A stretch of DNA of 64,000 nucleotides, from NCBI RefSeq assembly GCF_018977255.1, contig NW_024704742.1, positions 63,986,001 through 64,050,000 on the forward strand, given 5' to 3'. Position numbers and translations under genes: made by a program. The notes beneath the pieces were generated by a model. That model had not been told where the DNA came from and ran no database searches. It was given only the letters and a program-made list of their open reading frames with translations. Source of the stretch: Callorhinchus milii. Taxonomy: Eukaryota. Each line of letters starts with the position of its first letter. Within the stretch, counting starts at the first letter, position 1. Positions 1-13,480 of the stretch are shown piece by piece.

Positions 1-2323
1 ATGCTCGGTGGGCTGAAGAGTAAAAGGAAATACAACTAATCAACATTTGCCTTGGCTGTGCCTTGAGACATCCTCCCGATGTGAAAGGTGCTATATAAAT
101 GCAATTTGTGTTGTTGTTGAGAAACTGATGAACAAAGGACAGCAAAAATGTCAGTGTGTATGTGCGGTGGTACAGAATATAACAACAACAGATTACATTT
201 GTATAGCGCCTTTCACGTCAGGAGGATTTCCAAAGGCACTGGACAGTCAGGAATTTGGACCCAAGCAAGGGGTTGGGATCAGGAGAGGTGTAGAGCAGGG
301 AGAGTAGGGGTAAGAGGGTAGCCGAAAGCGCAGTGGAAGAGAAGGATCTTGCGATGTGCCTTGAAGGAGGCAACGGAGGGAGCATACAGACTGTATTAGC
401 AGGACGAGGAACACATTTGCATTTTCAATATTATTCATCCAAAGTGAAACAAAAACAAAACAAATTTACAATTAATGCACCAAATCGGGTCTGAACTTCG
501 CAAAGCAATTCACAAGTCAATACTGTCGAGGTCAGTGACTGAGTACAGTGGCAGTCATTAGTGCCATCAAGATCCCATCAACAGCCGTGAGGTGAACGAC
601 CAATTAATGTGGAAGCTTATTGATCAGGAACATTGGGAGAAACTCCCTGAAAGTGGCCTAAAGGGATCCAGAATTCAGTCTGGAGTTCCAGTCGATTATC
701 AATGGAATAACTGCTCATAACAGGGACATGAAGCAGTTAGACCAATAGAAGATGGGTGACCTGCGAAAGATATTTTGATTAACATGGTGTCTGAAACGTG
801 CATCACCATGTTTAACACTATCTAAACCAGACTGAGAGTTCTACATATCTACGTCACACACACGTGGAAATTACCATGTATATTGGAGTGAAATGCACAC
901 TCTGCTCTTGGACAACACCACCAAATTACACTATGTTTACAACAACAAATTACACTTGTAGAGCACCCTTCATTCTAGAAAGAGGCGCTGGACAGTCAGG
1001 GATTTTTGGACACAAGCTGGGAGTTGGAGTCAGGAGGGGTGGAGGGCATGGAAGGTGGGGTTGGGAGGGTGGCCAAGCTTCACGGTCAAAGAGGAAGGTC
1101 TTTAGATGGGACTTGAAGGAGGCAAGAGAGGGGTGAAGCGAAGGGATTGCGGGATAGAGTTCCAGAGGGTGGAGGCAGAGATGCTGTTGATGCTGCAGAT
1201 ATATCCTGTTTACCTAATCCCAGAGAGTATTAGGTGGAGGTTGGCAAAAGCAAAGGATTTGGGAACCCTAGAGTGTACGTTAGGGTACTGCTGGAGTTCA
1301 ATCAGCTAAACTAGTATAGTTTCCTTACTCCATAACCCTCTGTTTACCCAGCAGTAACCCAGGACAGCAGTGGTCCTGGAGTCGGGTGGAGGCAGAGATA
1401 TAAAGTTGGGTGTCACCAAGAGGGAGCATATAGATATTGAAGAGGAGGGGAGCAAGGACAGAGCCCTGAGGAACGCCGCATGTGACGGTGCGGGGGCTAG
1501 AGGAGGAATCGTTTGTGGAGATGAAGTGGAGACGGTGTGAGAGTGTATTGTGTGAAGCGCTTTGAGACTTCTCAATGAAGTGATAAGGTGCTATATCAAA
1601 TGCAAGGAATATTATTATTGTTATAGTTTGCCATTGAAAGCATTGTTGGGCAAGCTTGTCCAGCTAGGACAACCCCACCCTTTAGGTCTTTGGTTCGCAA
1701 GGTTAACAGGGGCTGAGTGGGAAGCATCCCCACCCCAATAGTACAATTTAAATTTAACGAATGAAAATTACTTGCTCCAAGCCCGTATTCCTTGTGAAGG
1801 ACACTAAGTACATTCAGGTGGTTGTTGTATCTAGGAATAAGTTACCGACCCTGTCTCCTATTCTTCTACTCATAAGATGTAAAAAATGGGCAAGAGAAAA
1901 TAATAAAATGCAGAGAACTTTAATCAACGTGAGAAACAGAGCATTATTAAATGGAATGAAAAACTTTTATGTTTTTTATCCTAATAATTCTGTTAGATAC
2001 TTAGAAAAAATCAGCAATGGAAATACAGAGAATTTTTTATTTCTAAACTATCATTCTAAGTATCAATCTGAAGTTTATTACGTTTTCTTACCTGAAAAAT
2101 ATAATTAGATACGCAGATGAACAAACACAGGTGAAATTAAAGCAGCATGTGAAAGAGATGAGGTTTCTAAACGTTTAACAAACAGGTTTAGGCAAGAGAC
2201 CGCCAGCATTTGGTTAAGATCTTTTCTAAGTTATTCACTGAACTGGCGTTTGAGGGAACGCTGTAAAAAGTGAGCAACAAAAAGATGAATAGCTGTAGAT
2301 TCAAAGATACTTCAGCGACTTAC

Positions 2324-2530
2324 CTGAACTTGGGTCCAGATGGTAATCATCACCTGTAGGTATCTACTTCCCAGCCAGAGAAAGTGAAAGTCATCAACCC
2401 GTCGTTCATAGTAATCCCGGCAGATGAGATCACTGATTTGCGACTGTTCCAAATGGGCTTCCTTTACAGCACCACAGTTTCAAAAGGAGCTGACCTGCTG
2501 AGTTTCAGGCTTCATTGGCCATTAAGACAC
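2324..2530 (-). other. Candidate alternative exon within the PALLD intron (5' boundary uncertain)
   Basis: Non-repetitive island with a consensus minus-strand donor TTCAG|gtaagt at 2324/2323 and a weaker donor TACAG|gtgatg at 2354/2353. Confidence 0.35.
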
Positions 2531-4155
2531 ATGGCAACAATATTTGACCGGTTGCTATGCAATTAGAATCAAGTTGCTGTGCCAACCCGCTGCATCAGAA
2601 CCGGGGATCCTAGTGCTTTCGATAAAGCCCGGTTAATGCATGATGGAAACCTGCTAAACAGGCCCGAAGCCCAAGCCTCTAGTTATTAATTTTAATGATG
2701 TGCGGTGTACGAATCAGCTTTTACAACCCAATTACTGAATGATATTCCTGCTGCAACCATGTATCAGGTTACTGGTGAGTTTTTATTTTATGTCTGGGGT
2801 CTGATTAATGAATACTGTACTCCAATAATAAAAAAAATGATCTTACAGATTATTGTCCTCATTCTAGAGAAATACTAACTTGCCCCCTATTTTTATTTGC
2901 TCTAAGCAAACCCCGCTCAACAATAAATGACCTCCTGTGTTATTGAATTGTACTCATTAATAAAATGCCTCAGCTTTGGAGGACGGCCAAGGGAGGAAGG
3001 CAGCAAGTCAATACTAACACTATGGGTTATGAATGAGCTGCAGGTGGGAATAATAGTGGGTGCCTGGACCTCGTAAGGCAGCCCACGAACCAAGTCAAAG
3101 GCCATTGGCACTTTTTACACCCGCTTTCTAAGACTTCTTGGTACCTTTGCTGGTTTTATGTTAACTTCGATCAGCTTTTAATAATAATAATAATAATCCT
3201 TGCATTTGACATTGCGCCTTATCACATCGTTGAGACATCTCAAAGTGCTTCACAGAATATACCGTAAAGTGAATTGACTGTATATTTTTGGGACAAAACA
3301 AAATATTTCCTCTTTCCTTATTGTTAACAGATATTGAACTGAATTGCCAACTCAGCAGAGCTCTGGACTTTGGTGCTTATGTGCTGAAGGTACAAATTTA
3401 TTTTAATTTAGCCACTTTAACTTCAGACATACTGGTAATCATTTCTTAATCTTTTGCTTCCCTCCTGTCCTGAATGCAATGACTCAGGCCCTGGTGGTTT
3501 CGTGGTTGCCAGCAGCCGTCTGGTGACTCAATATAAATAATAATCCTTGCATTTGATATAGAGTCGTATCATGTCGTTGAGATGTCTTAAAGCACTGCCG
3601 CATTTTGCCCACAAAAAAAATACAGTCAATTCACTTTACAATATATTCTGTGAAGAACTTTGAGACGTCTTGCAGACATGACAAGGGGCTATATCAAATG
3701 TAAGGATTATTATTATAATACAGTCAATTCACTTTGCAGTATATTCTGCTATATCAAATCAAATGCAATTATTATTATTGTATTTTTGGGGCGCTCTCCA
3801 CAGTTTGGCAGAATCCTCAACGAATACCTTCCAGATAGGACGTGGCTTTAATATTTAGCGTGATCTTTTGTCTACCCGATTCACAGTCATTACACTTTAC
3901 AGTAATTACTGTGAAGGACGTTGAGATGTCCTCCCAAAGTGAAAGGTGTTGGATCAAATGGAAGGATCATTATTTTATTATTTTGTTGTTATATTAATCG
4001 ATTTAGTGATCTTTTCTTTGCAGCCGACAGGAAACCTAACAGTTGCCATATTTCTATAGTTTTTAAAGGTTAAGATGGATCAAATACCATTCCAGCGTGA
4101 TTCTTGGTGACAACGATTTCAGATGCCAAGCTTTCCGTCTAGATCCACATCACGT

Positions 4156-4277
4156 TAGCAGGGCTATGGGGAGAGAGCAGGGAAGTGGGATTGATTTGGA
4201 TAGCTCTTTTCAAAGAGCTGGCACAGACATGATCGGCCAAATGGCCTCCTTCTGTGTTGTATAATTCTATGATTCTT
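4156..4277 (+). mobile_element. CR1 3' tail fragment (another copy at about 47740-47864)
   Basis: gggctatggggagagagcagggaagtggga...ggccaaatggcctccttctgtg...attctatgattct matches the 3' end of the 35272-36077 copy. Confidence 0.85.
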
Positions 4278-4859
4278 TGAAGGTCTACTTTGTGACTGGA
4301 GCCAAGTTCTGACATTGGACAGAAGCACAGAGAAACCATTGCCATTAGGTTGCTCCTTCTGTTTAGCCCCAATTCCCATCAGACAAACAGATCTCTGTAA
4401 TTGATGATAATTGTGATGCCCGCATAAATGTTTATTGGGAAAGTGATCAAAGTTTCACTTAAACACTTAAAATGAGAAATTCGCCTTCCTGCTTGCTTTC
4501 CAGGAGCCTTTCATAAGATAATATCTCATCAGATCATTCCAAACTATCACTGCAATATGATTTTATTCCTATTAAGCTTACATGATGGGGAAATAAAAAT
4601 TAAAAAGTTGTTAGAGATAAAATTGAGTTAATAGGCTGCACAGAGTCCATGTATCGACATCTCAAAGGCACTTCACAGGATTTCCTGTAAAGGGGAATGA
4701 CTGTATATTTTGTAGACAAACACAGCACCCAATTTGCTAACAGAAATGTAGCTCATTTGGTGACCGTTCTAACTCCAGTATTGAATGCTTCATTTATAAA
4801 AGACTTTTGAGGGACTCTGAACACTTTTAACACTTGAACCCATGCACTTGGATTATATA

Positions 4860-5300
4860 AATTGCTGTACCATTTAGCCAGTTTGTAATAATAATACTTC
4901 ATATAGTGCCTTTCACATTGGGTGGATGTATCAAAGCTCTTCACAGGCTCCACCACAAACTGTAGTAACTGTGTATATATAGCCAGCCAACTTTGCGCAC
5001 AACAATGTCCCACAAACAGCCATGAAGTGAATGATTAATTTTATTTGGGGGAATGTTGGCCATGACACCGGGAAAAACTCAATTTTATTCCTGAATCTTT
5101 AACATTTACCTGAAGAGGTAGATGGAACCTCAGTTAATGTCTCATCTGAAGGACAGTACCAACAATGCAGCATACACCAGCACTGACTGCATGGGAATGT
5201 CATCATCGTACTGCATGGGCTTCTAGTCCCAATGACAGGCGTGAACCCACAACCTTCTAATTCAGAGGTAAGAGTGCTACCAAATGAGCCAAGCTGAGAC
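4860..5300 (-). mobile_element. Deu-domain SINE copy
   Basis: Reverse-complement homology, ending in agagtgctaccaaatgagccaagctga (head). Confidence 0.75.
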
Positions 5301-5542
5301 CTGAAGTTTAATCATCATTAGAATAACGTGGTGCTTAGTGCGAGCTGCGTTCAATCGAGTGTTTTCAGACGATCGTTTCTTTGAAAAAAAATCCTTGTGC
5401 TTCAGCTGGAACTGGTTGTTCTTAAACTTGTGCTAATTAACAATGAAATGGAACTAATTAACAAGCTCCCTCTCAGCAATAGATCAAAACAACTGCCTTA
5501 GTTGGCAAATAATTCTGAACCCGCATGTCACACATTCAGCGT

Positions 5543-5558
5543 TGCCCTCTAGTGGCCA
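5543..5558 (-). promoter_or_regulatory. CTCF motif
   Basis: Minus strand TGGCCACTAGAGGGCA closely matches the CTCF core, in non-repetitive DNA. Confidence 0.65.
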
Positions 5559-5971
5559 AACACGCTGACTTTTCGTCCCAAACTCATCCAGACACACAAG
5601 GTATTTACAGTGTCCTTTCTTGTGCTGTGAAGAGAAGGTAAGCTCCAACCATTGGGAATGTTGCGACTCCATGGTAAGAACAGGAACAAACCACCAGTAG
5701 GTTCAATATTCGGATCTTAGTGAGAACAGATATTCTTCTAATCGCCTAACCCATTAATCGTTCTCCTGTGAAAGGCATCTCCACAGCTGAGTATGTTCTT
5801 CCCCACCGAATACTTCTGCAGTTTCAGCCCTTCGACACTGTTTTGGTCTAAAAGGTCAATATAAAGAGCAGAGAGTGGACCTGATTCCTTTGTGGTGAAA
5901 TAAGGCCAGGGGATCCCCTTGAAGTATGAACTCTCTCTTGTTCTCCCTGCACCCACCACCACCACCACCAT

Positions 5972-6385
5972 AGTAGCCTGGCTCAGCTGTTTGTATTTTC
6001 ACTTCCAGCTCAAAAGGCTGTCGGTTCAAAACTCACAGCTCATACTTGAGCTCATAATATAAGATAACACTTGTGTGCTACATTGTCAGAGTTGCCATTT
6101 TCCTGATGGGATGTTAAACCGATGTTCCATCTACCTGTCCAGGTGGAAGTTAAAGATCCCATGGCACTGTATAAAAAGAGAAGGGAGTTTCTCCCGATGT
6201 CTTGGTCAGCAATCATCCAGATATATTGGTCATTCACTTCATGGCTGTTTTTGGAACAATGCTGTGTGAACATTGGTTGCTGAGGTTGCTTACACAGACA
6301 GGACTTGACAACAATTGCCTGTGAAGCACTTTGAGATGTTCCAATTCCATGAATGCTATAAAAATACAAGGATTGTTACTGTATT
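5972..6385 (+). mobile_element. Deu-domain SINE copy
   Basis: Head, Deu domain and tail homologous to 58881-59312. Confidence 0.75.
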
Positions 6386-6876
6386 ATCATTTGCTCCAGT
6401 GCACCTGGTCTCCTTAGAGGCAATGTTCACAAGAGCCTGGAGTGCGAGACAGATGACCCTGGGAAGTTCGAGGTTCACTCCCTCAATGTTCACCCAACAC
6501 TGGTGTCTTTCATAAATCACTGTCAGATCTCTTTTCCAAATATCGGAAATTAGACAGCAAAACGGAAGTTGCAATTATTTCTCCCCCTCCCCTGTAAATA
6601 TCTCACAATAGACACAAAGGATTAATAATGTTATTATTGACTGAAGTCTGGTAACTGAGCCTTCAGCCACTACCTCCTAGCCTCTGGAACTCTCTCCTTT
6701 ATCTAACAATCTAGCTCTATCTTTATCTGTCTTTAAATCCTGCCTGAAATTTTACCTATTTGACTACATATACATTCACCTCTCCCTCCTCCTCCCTCGC
6801 ATCCCATCTAATCCCTATGAAGCGCTCTGAGATGTTGTGTTACGTGAGGGGCTCTATTGTAATGCATGTAATACAG

Positions 6877-7202
6877 GGAGTCCTGTAGCTCAGTGGTTAG
6901 AGCACTCGCTTTGCAAGCGAGAGACCTGAGTTCAATTCCAGGCAGGGCAAAACCTTGGGCAAGTTTCCTTACTCCACACAGAGCCTAATAATAATCCCTC
7001 CAAAAAACCAAAAACAATAATAAATTGGTTATTTTCATTCTATGACTGTTTGTGGGACACTGCTGTGCACAATTGGCTGCCGCGTTCGCCCACAAATATA
7101 CAGTCAATTCACTTTACAGTATATTCTGTGAAGCGCCTTGAGATGTCCTCCCGACATGAAAAGCGCTATATCAAATGCAAGGATTATTATTATTATTATT
7201 AT
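6877..7202 (+). mobile_element. tRNA(Ala)-like-headed SINE, short variant
   Basis: Head GTCCTGTAGCTCAGTGGTTAGAGCACTCGCTTTGCAAGCGAG...GAGTTCAATTCC with Pol III A/B boxes, L2-type stem-loop and (TTA)n tail. Confidence 0.9.
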
Positions 7203-7710
7203 GTTGGTGTTGTTGAGTTGGAGAGGGGCTAATTCTGAAAGACATGAAACATACCTGGACAGCGTGACTCGAGCATGAATATAATCAAACGTCCTTCTGT
7301 ATGTTGCTATGTGCTTTTAAGGATCTCCATGGTTACACTAAGCTGCACATCTGTTTATAATATGAAGTTAAATAAAACATGGTGGTCTAAATTTATAGCA
7401 AATATGATTGGACTCAGCATGTTCATCTGGAATCAATTACGACGGTTTTCGCATTTCCCCAAAATATGTATTTTTCAAGGTAAATAAATGCTCTCAATCT
7501 TTACTGTCTCCTCTGGTTTCCATAAGTAATATTTCAATTGTAGATGAAAAGCAGATGGAGGATCCGCTGCTGAGCCTTTGCCAATGGCACTCTGACTGGC
7601 TGCCAGGAAGGCATAAGAGCAGCCTGGGGACAATACCCTTCTAAGGTTCCTTGCTGCCCTGCTGGGATACAACTTGCCTGTACTTGGTATATCATAGTCC
7701 TGATATATCA

Positions 7711-8104
7711 TGGAGTCCTGTAGACTATTGGTTAGAGAACTCACCTCGCAAGCAAGAGGACTTGGGTTCAATTCCCAGGCAGGGCAAAATTTCCAAATTT
7801 CCTTACACCACACATTTCTATTTACCTAGCAGTAAATAGGAACCTGGTTGTTAGTCGATTGGCAGATCGCTTTTCCGGAAGTAATAAGCCCATCAAAAAA
7901 ATAAGTACAACATAATAATAATTTGGTCCCTCAATCCATGACTGTTTGTGGGACACTGCTGTATGCAATTGGCTGTGTTTTGCCCACAAAACATACAGTC
8001 AATTCACTTTACATTATATTCTGTGAAGCTCTTTGAGATATCTCAAAGACATGATAAGGTGCTATGTCAAATGATGGGATTATTAATTATTATTATTATT
8101 ATCA
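7711..8104 (+). mobile_element. tRNA(Ala)-like-headed SINE, long variant
   Basis: Same family with an extra middle block tttacctagcagtaaataggaacctggttgttagtcgattgg. Confidence 0.88.
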
Positions 8105-11100
8105 TAGTCTTTGTATATTATAGTATTTTGTATATTACTTCAGATGAGATGTTAAACTGAGGTCCCTAGATCCCTAGGCACTATTTGAAAAGAGAAGGGA
8201 GTTTCTCCCGGTTTTATCCCAGATAAAATTGGTCATTCACTTCTTGATTGTTTGTGGGACACTCCTGTGTGTAAATCAGCTGTAGCATTTGCCTACAAAT
8301 ACACAGATTTGGCTTTGTCCTTGTCTTTAAATCCCTGCATGGTCTTGCCCCACCTTACTTCTTTGATCCTCTAGAACCCTACTAATCTGTCTGCTCCTTC
8401 CACTTGGCAGGCACTGGCCTGCTTCACATTCCCCACTCTGCCCAATCCACAATCAGCGGTCAGGCCTTCACCCTTTCTGCTCCCACCAACTGGAACGCTG
8501 TCCTAGAGTTCTTTGCCTCACCTCTTCCATTGCCTTCTTCAAGGTCATTCTCAAGGCCTTCCTTTATAACCACACCTTCAGTCATCTTCCCGGCCCCCAC
8601 CCCTCTTGCCCCCCTACCACTCCTGAATCCAACCCTCCATTAGGGTGGAAATCCACGACTGTCCAACGCTTTGGGACGTCCTCCTAATGTAAAAGGTGCT
8701 AAATAAATGCAATTTGTTGTTGTTGCTTCTTTAGCTGTTTAAAGCTCATCTGTGTACCACAAAATAACATTGACTAATTGAGCAATGCAGACAGATGGAG
8801 AATAGAGATTTTTTTTGACACAAGAAACTATTGCATGTAAAATTTATAAATGGCACTAAGGAACCAGATACCAGCTATGTTGATACAGTCACATGCTGTG
8901 TATTATTAGGCAGCTCCTCAAGAGAAAGTTTATTTGTCTGCAACTTAGAAGTGTCGCTGAGACTTCAAAATAGAAAGTGATGGACTGGATGGTGAGCTAG
9001 TATCTCCTTGAATTCAGGCCCATACGTTCGGTGAAACCATCTCCATTACCACTTCCAAATTTATTTTTGCCGTTTCACACAAATATTGTGAGCTGCAGCC
9101 ATCTCCATCAGGAAAGCTGACACTTGCACCTGACAGGGAAGTAGCCTATGGTATTTGGGGGGGATGATATGAAGCAATCTTGCTTGAGTTCACTTGACCA
9201 GTGGAGACAAGTCTGCACCAGTAGCTGTGGTCAGCTGAAGGTGCCTCAGTATCACTAATGTACTTGCTGACGACTGATAGCCAAAGATTATCAGTGGCAG
9301 AGACCTGCACAACGTCCAAAGGCACTCGGATGAGAGTTGACTTGGGCGGCCATAAATGGAGCCGGCAGTGAATTCGATTGTGAGCTACGTACAATTCTTA
9401 TCATGGTCTGATAAGTGGCAGTTGTCTGTGGAGCCCAGGCTGTGTGCATGACATAAATTCCTTGCATATCCTGGTCAACAGTCCTTCAGATAAAAACAGT
9501 TTCACTTCACTTCACGGCTGTTTGCAGGACATTGATATGGATAAATTAGGTGCCTATGGTCACCTCCCCTCTCTCCGGCTCAGACTTCAAACTACACAAT
9601 TGTTAAGCACTCTGAGATGCTAGCCCTTGTGAAGGGCACTATATACATGCAAGCTGTTGTTGTAGGTGCCACATCTGCCTACAAAAACACAGTCGTTACC
9701 CTTTACAGCATATCCTGAGAAGGGCTCTGAGACATCCTCTTGACGTGAAAGGCGCTGTATGAAATGTAATGTTTATTATTATGCTGACCTGGCTGCTGAT
9801 ATCGTTATGGCCATAATCTAAAAAGGTCAGATTTTCCTGGGCTCCCACTTGTGAAATGTGTTCTTTTCCTCTCCTGAGCTTTCTCTTCATGAAGAGTTCT
9901 ATTGTCTATGTCAACTCTCATCCAAGTGCCTTTGGACGGTGTGCAGGTCTACTGGCATACTTCAGGCCTGGATCTCCCTGTTGTTTGTTTCTTTTTTAAT
10001 CATTTTAGAGCAATTTTCTTCTATTGCTATGTAAAATGCTAATAAGCTTTAATTCTGCAGCTGAGAAGCAGCCAAGCACCACTTACTGTAACACCGCAGA
10101 CCGTGACAATGACCAGTTCTGAATACACCAAATCTAAATTTAGTTTAGTGTTAGCGTTCTGCAGAATAAAGAACAGGTGCAGGTTGGCAGAGCCAAGGTG
10201 TTAGGGACACCAATGTGTGCAATGGAAATGAACCAGCTAAATCCACACAGCTTATCATGCACGGCAATGGCAAGCCACCTGCTAGGATCACCTTATCTGG
10301 TGGCGTATTGTCTTGCAGTTATGTTGAGTTGTCTTGTAGATATCTCCCTTTAAAACCCATGTTAAAGTCTGCCTCTTTGTCAACAACAACAAAGTTACAT
10401 TTATATAGCGCCTTTCACGTCGGGAGGACGTCCCAAAGCGCTGAACAGTCAGGTGTCGTGGCCAGAGCATGGGTGAGGGGTGGTGTAGGGGTGAGGGAAG
10501 GCAGAGAGATGGGAGATGGACTTCGCCTATGGTCACCTCATCCTCTATCCTCCCTGCCTGATGTCCAACGAGATGCTATCCTGCGTGAAGGGCGCTATGT
10601 AAATGCAATGTTTTGTTGTATCAGGAGCTGAATTGAAATGAATAACATTGCCCCCAGTCACAATGTCAACCCTGCAAGTCTCATTGATGGAGTAGGCAGA
10701 AAGTCCAATCATCGGCAGTGGCTGAGCACTGCAGATCTACCCAGTCCAAGTACTGACCATCACATCCACCAAAGTCAGTTGATTTACCAGACATTTCACC
10801 CTGGATCTAGCTCAGCATCAGCGATATGTCCCAATGAGGACAGGGAATTGAACAAATAAATATAAAAGGGGGAAAAAGCAGAGATGTGTAAGCTAACAGA
10901 TAGCCCTTTCCAGATAATTTGCAGTGGCACAATGGGCTGCATGCCCTTCTACTGTGCTGAAAGGTTCTACCATTCCCAACACAAGTTGGTTACCAGACAG
11001 CTGACCTGATATTAGAAAGAACTTACTGCATAGGAGCATAGGAACATAGGAATTCCTAGATGAAAAAAAACAAGATCCAGCTAGTTTGCCTTCTAGCATC

Positions 11101-11955
11101 CTGGCATGCTACAATAATGGAGATGTTGTTAGCAATTAATTCTGTCTACCACAGAGTGGAAAGCTTTGGGAATCTTAGATAGTTAATCAAAATATCTAAA
11201 TATGCATCTCCCATTAAACCAGTTAAATGATCAGCTGCTGCTAAGACATGAAACCATTTACCATGATGGCATGTCACTGAGTTCACACAGCATCCAGCTT
11301 CTCTGGTCAGTCAATTTTTATTTTAAACAATTGCTATTAATGTATTCATTGGGAAACATCGCTTCCATTTACCAGGCCTCAGTTGCTGAGTTTAAGTCTC
11401 CCTCAGTTAATTGCTTGCCAGATGGCTGTCTCACTCTTAAAGCACTGTCCTTTCTTAATATAATCAAATGGGTTTTATTCAAAGACCCTACTGATGGTCA
11501 CAATAGTTAGTGTAGATTCTTAAACAAAAATAATTCTGGATACAGACAGATGCACTCGGCGACACATTATGCTCGAGTCAGCTCTCAGTGGCCATTCCAG
11601 CAATGAATCATTCATTTGTACAGTAGGTACATCATTAAATCTGTCAAACCTAACAGCTGAGAAACCAGCTAGACATGCTAATGTATGACTGAGTAATATT
11701 GAAGGTTTGGTTTGGATAGACTGACTGACTGACTGACTGGCTGACAGTCATTAAATCTTGAGAGAGACATGCGAGTGGATAGCAAATAAATTCTTCAACA
11801 AGAAAGATGGAGAACCAAAGTAAATATCCCTGGTAGGATGAATTTCACACTGCTGGCAGCAGAAACAGCATATTGTAAAAGCAAACTCAAGCTCTTTGCC
11901 GCTGATGTGGAAAGTTTAGCTGAAGTGAGCATGAACGAGGCTTGTCCTCAGCCAG

Positions 11956-11965
11956 TTATAAATAG
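11956..11965 (+). promoter_or_regulatory. MEF2 consensus site in a repeat-free intronic block
   Basis: gTTATAAATAGc fits YTA(A/T)4TAR. Confidence 0.4.
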
Positions 11966-13059
11966 CCATGGTCAGTGATACAGCAGATTTGGTGCTGGAA
12001 CAGGGGGCCTTGAGCTAATTAAAGCACTTGGCTCCGGCCTTGTGCTTTGATTAACTCTCTGACCCGCGATCCAGCATAAAAACTGCTGGATGATTCACCG
12101 TAGCTGTTTTGAACTAAATGCAGAAATACTATGTGGTGGCTTCCACTATGACTCTGACACCCAAAGGGAACATCTCAATACAGTTTGAAACAAGCCTGTG
12201 CATTGCTGGTACCTGCAGAGTAATTTAGCAATTTCTTTCCCCCTAAGGTTCACTACTATTAACCCTCAATGAGATTCAATAGTATATTTCACCTCTCTCA
12301 CATTTGAAATAGCGCCATATCATGCCATTGAAATATTGCAAAGCACTTCACAGAATGTACTACAAAGTGTCGTGACTGTATATTTTGTGGGTGAAACGCG
12401 GCAGCCAACTGCGCACAACAGTGTCCCACAAACAGTAGTCGATTGAGTGACAACATTTTTGGGGGGGAGGGATCTTATTATTCAGGACTCCACATCCTGT
12501 ACGTATGAAATTCTATGCTGCCCTGAGCGAAGAGGTAGGTGAGACGTCCCCTCCCTTTCCTCCTCCCTGCCCTCCTACAGCTAAGGTAGGGAGGGAGGGT
12601 TTCTGTAACAGTGACTGAATAGCTACGTTTACAGTACGGTAAATGTAGAGTACTGTTTACAAAACAGTACAACATTTATTTTTGTGTGCTGGGCTTATCT
12701 GCCACACTCACTAAGTGTACCCAATTTGTCACAGTACTCTTCTAAGTAACCAGAATGATATTTTAGATGATGAATAAATGTAAACGATCTGAATGTAAAA
12801 CAAATCTAGAATAGATAATGCATATAAAATGCTATGTTTATTTATGAGGACAGAGCAGCAAATTGCTAAACTTAGTGAACTGAGCCCAGAATAGCCCAGG
12901 GTGTGTCAACAAGTTTGCTATTGATCTATTTATTCATTCCCTCCTTCCCTCCCTCCCCTCATTCAAGGTACATCTCAAAATAGCCTCTTTGACCGCACTT
13001 TTAGTTATTTTTCCCCAGTTTAACCCCGCTCCTTCCCATTCCCAGTTCAGGTGCCCATC

Positions 13060-13480
13060 CACCTTCCTTGGCTAGGGGTTGTTGGTATGTGGGATACCCT
13101 GCCAAGCAAGGTACCAGAGGCAAAAACCATTGTGGGTTTCAAGAGGGAGGTGGACAGCCATATGAAAGCTAGAGGCTTGAAGGAGAAAATGAATAAATCA
13201 AACGTAGTGGGAGTGAATGGATGATTGCTCTGAGGGCCAATTGCAGATTCGATGCAGACTCTGTTCTGGTTATTAATTATCCTCAGCGATAAGCAATATT
13301 TCCTGGTGTCTGGCTTGAAATTGCTCTTTGCAACACTGAACATGTGCCCTCTTGTTCTACTGTTTTAGCACTTTCAAAAGTTTGCTCTGAGTTAACTTTC
13401 TCAATCTGATTTAAAATCTTACAAACCTCTTATAAGGTCTTCTCCGAGACATCTCTGTTCAAAGCTGAGGAGCTCTAGCT
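13060..13480. mobile_element. Two decayed CR1 3' fragments in opposite orientation
   Basis: Plus strand WDTLPSKVPEAKTIVGFKREVD; minus strand FKPDTRKY-like. Confidence 0.65.

Noticed and set aside
1761..2108. 115-aa AT-rich ORF and the many other 60-160 aa ORFs
   Set aside because: No recognisable domains or splice support. Most are antisense or shifted frames of SINEs and LINEs, as shown by recurring peptides such as [12 protein letters not shown] and YIKCKDYYY.
3181..3790. Recurrent similar segments suggesting a CRISPR-like or tandem array
   Set aside because: They are irregularly spaced SINE tail fragments in both orientations, in a eukaryotic context.
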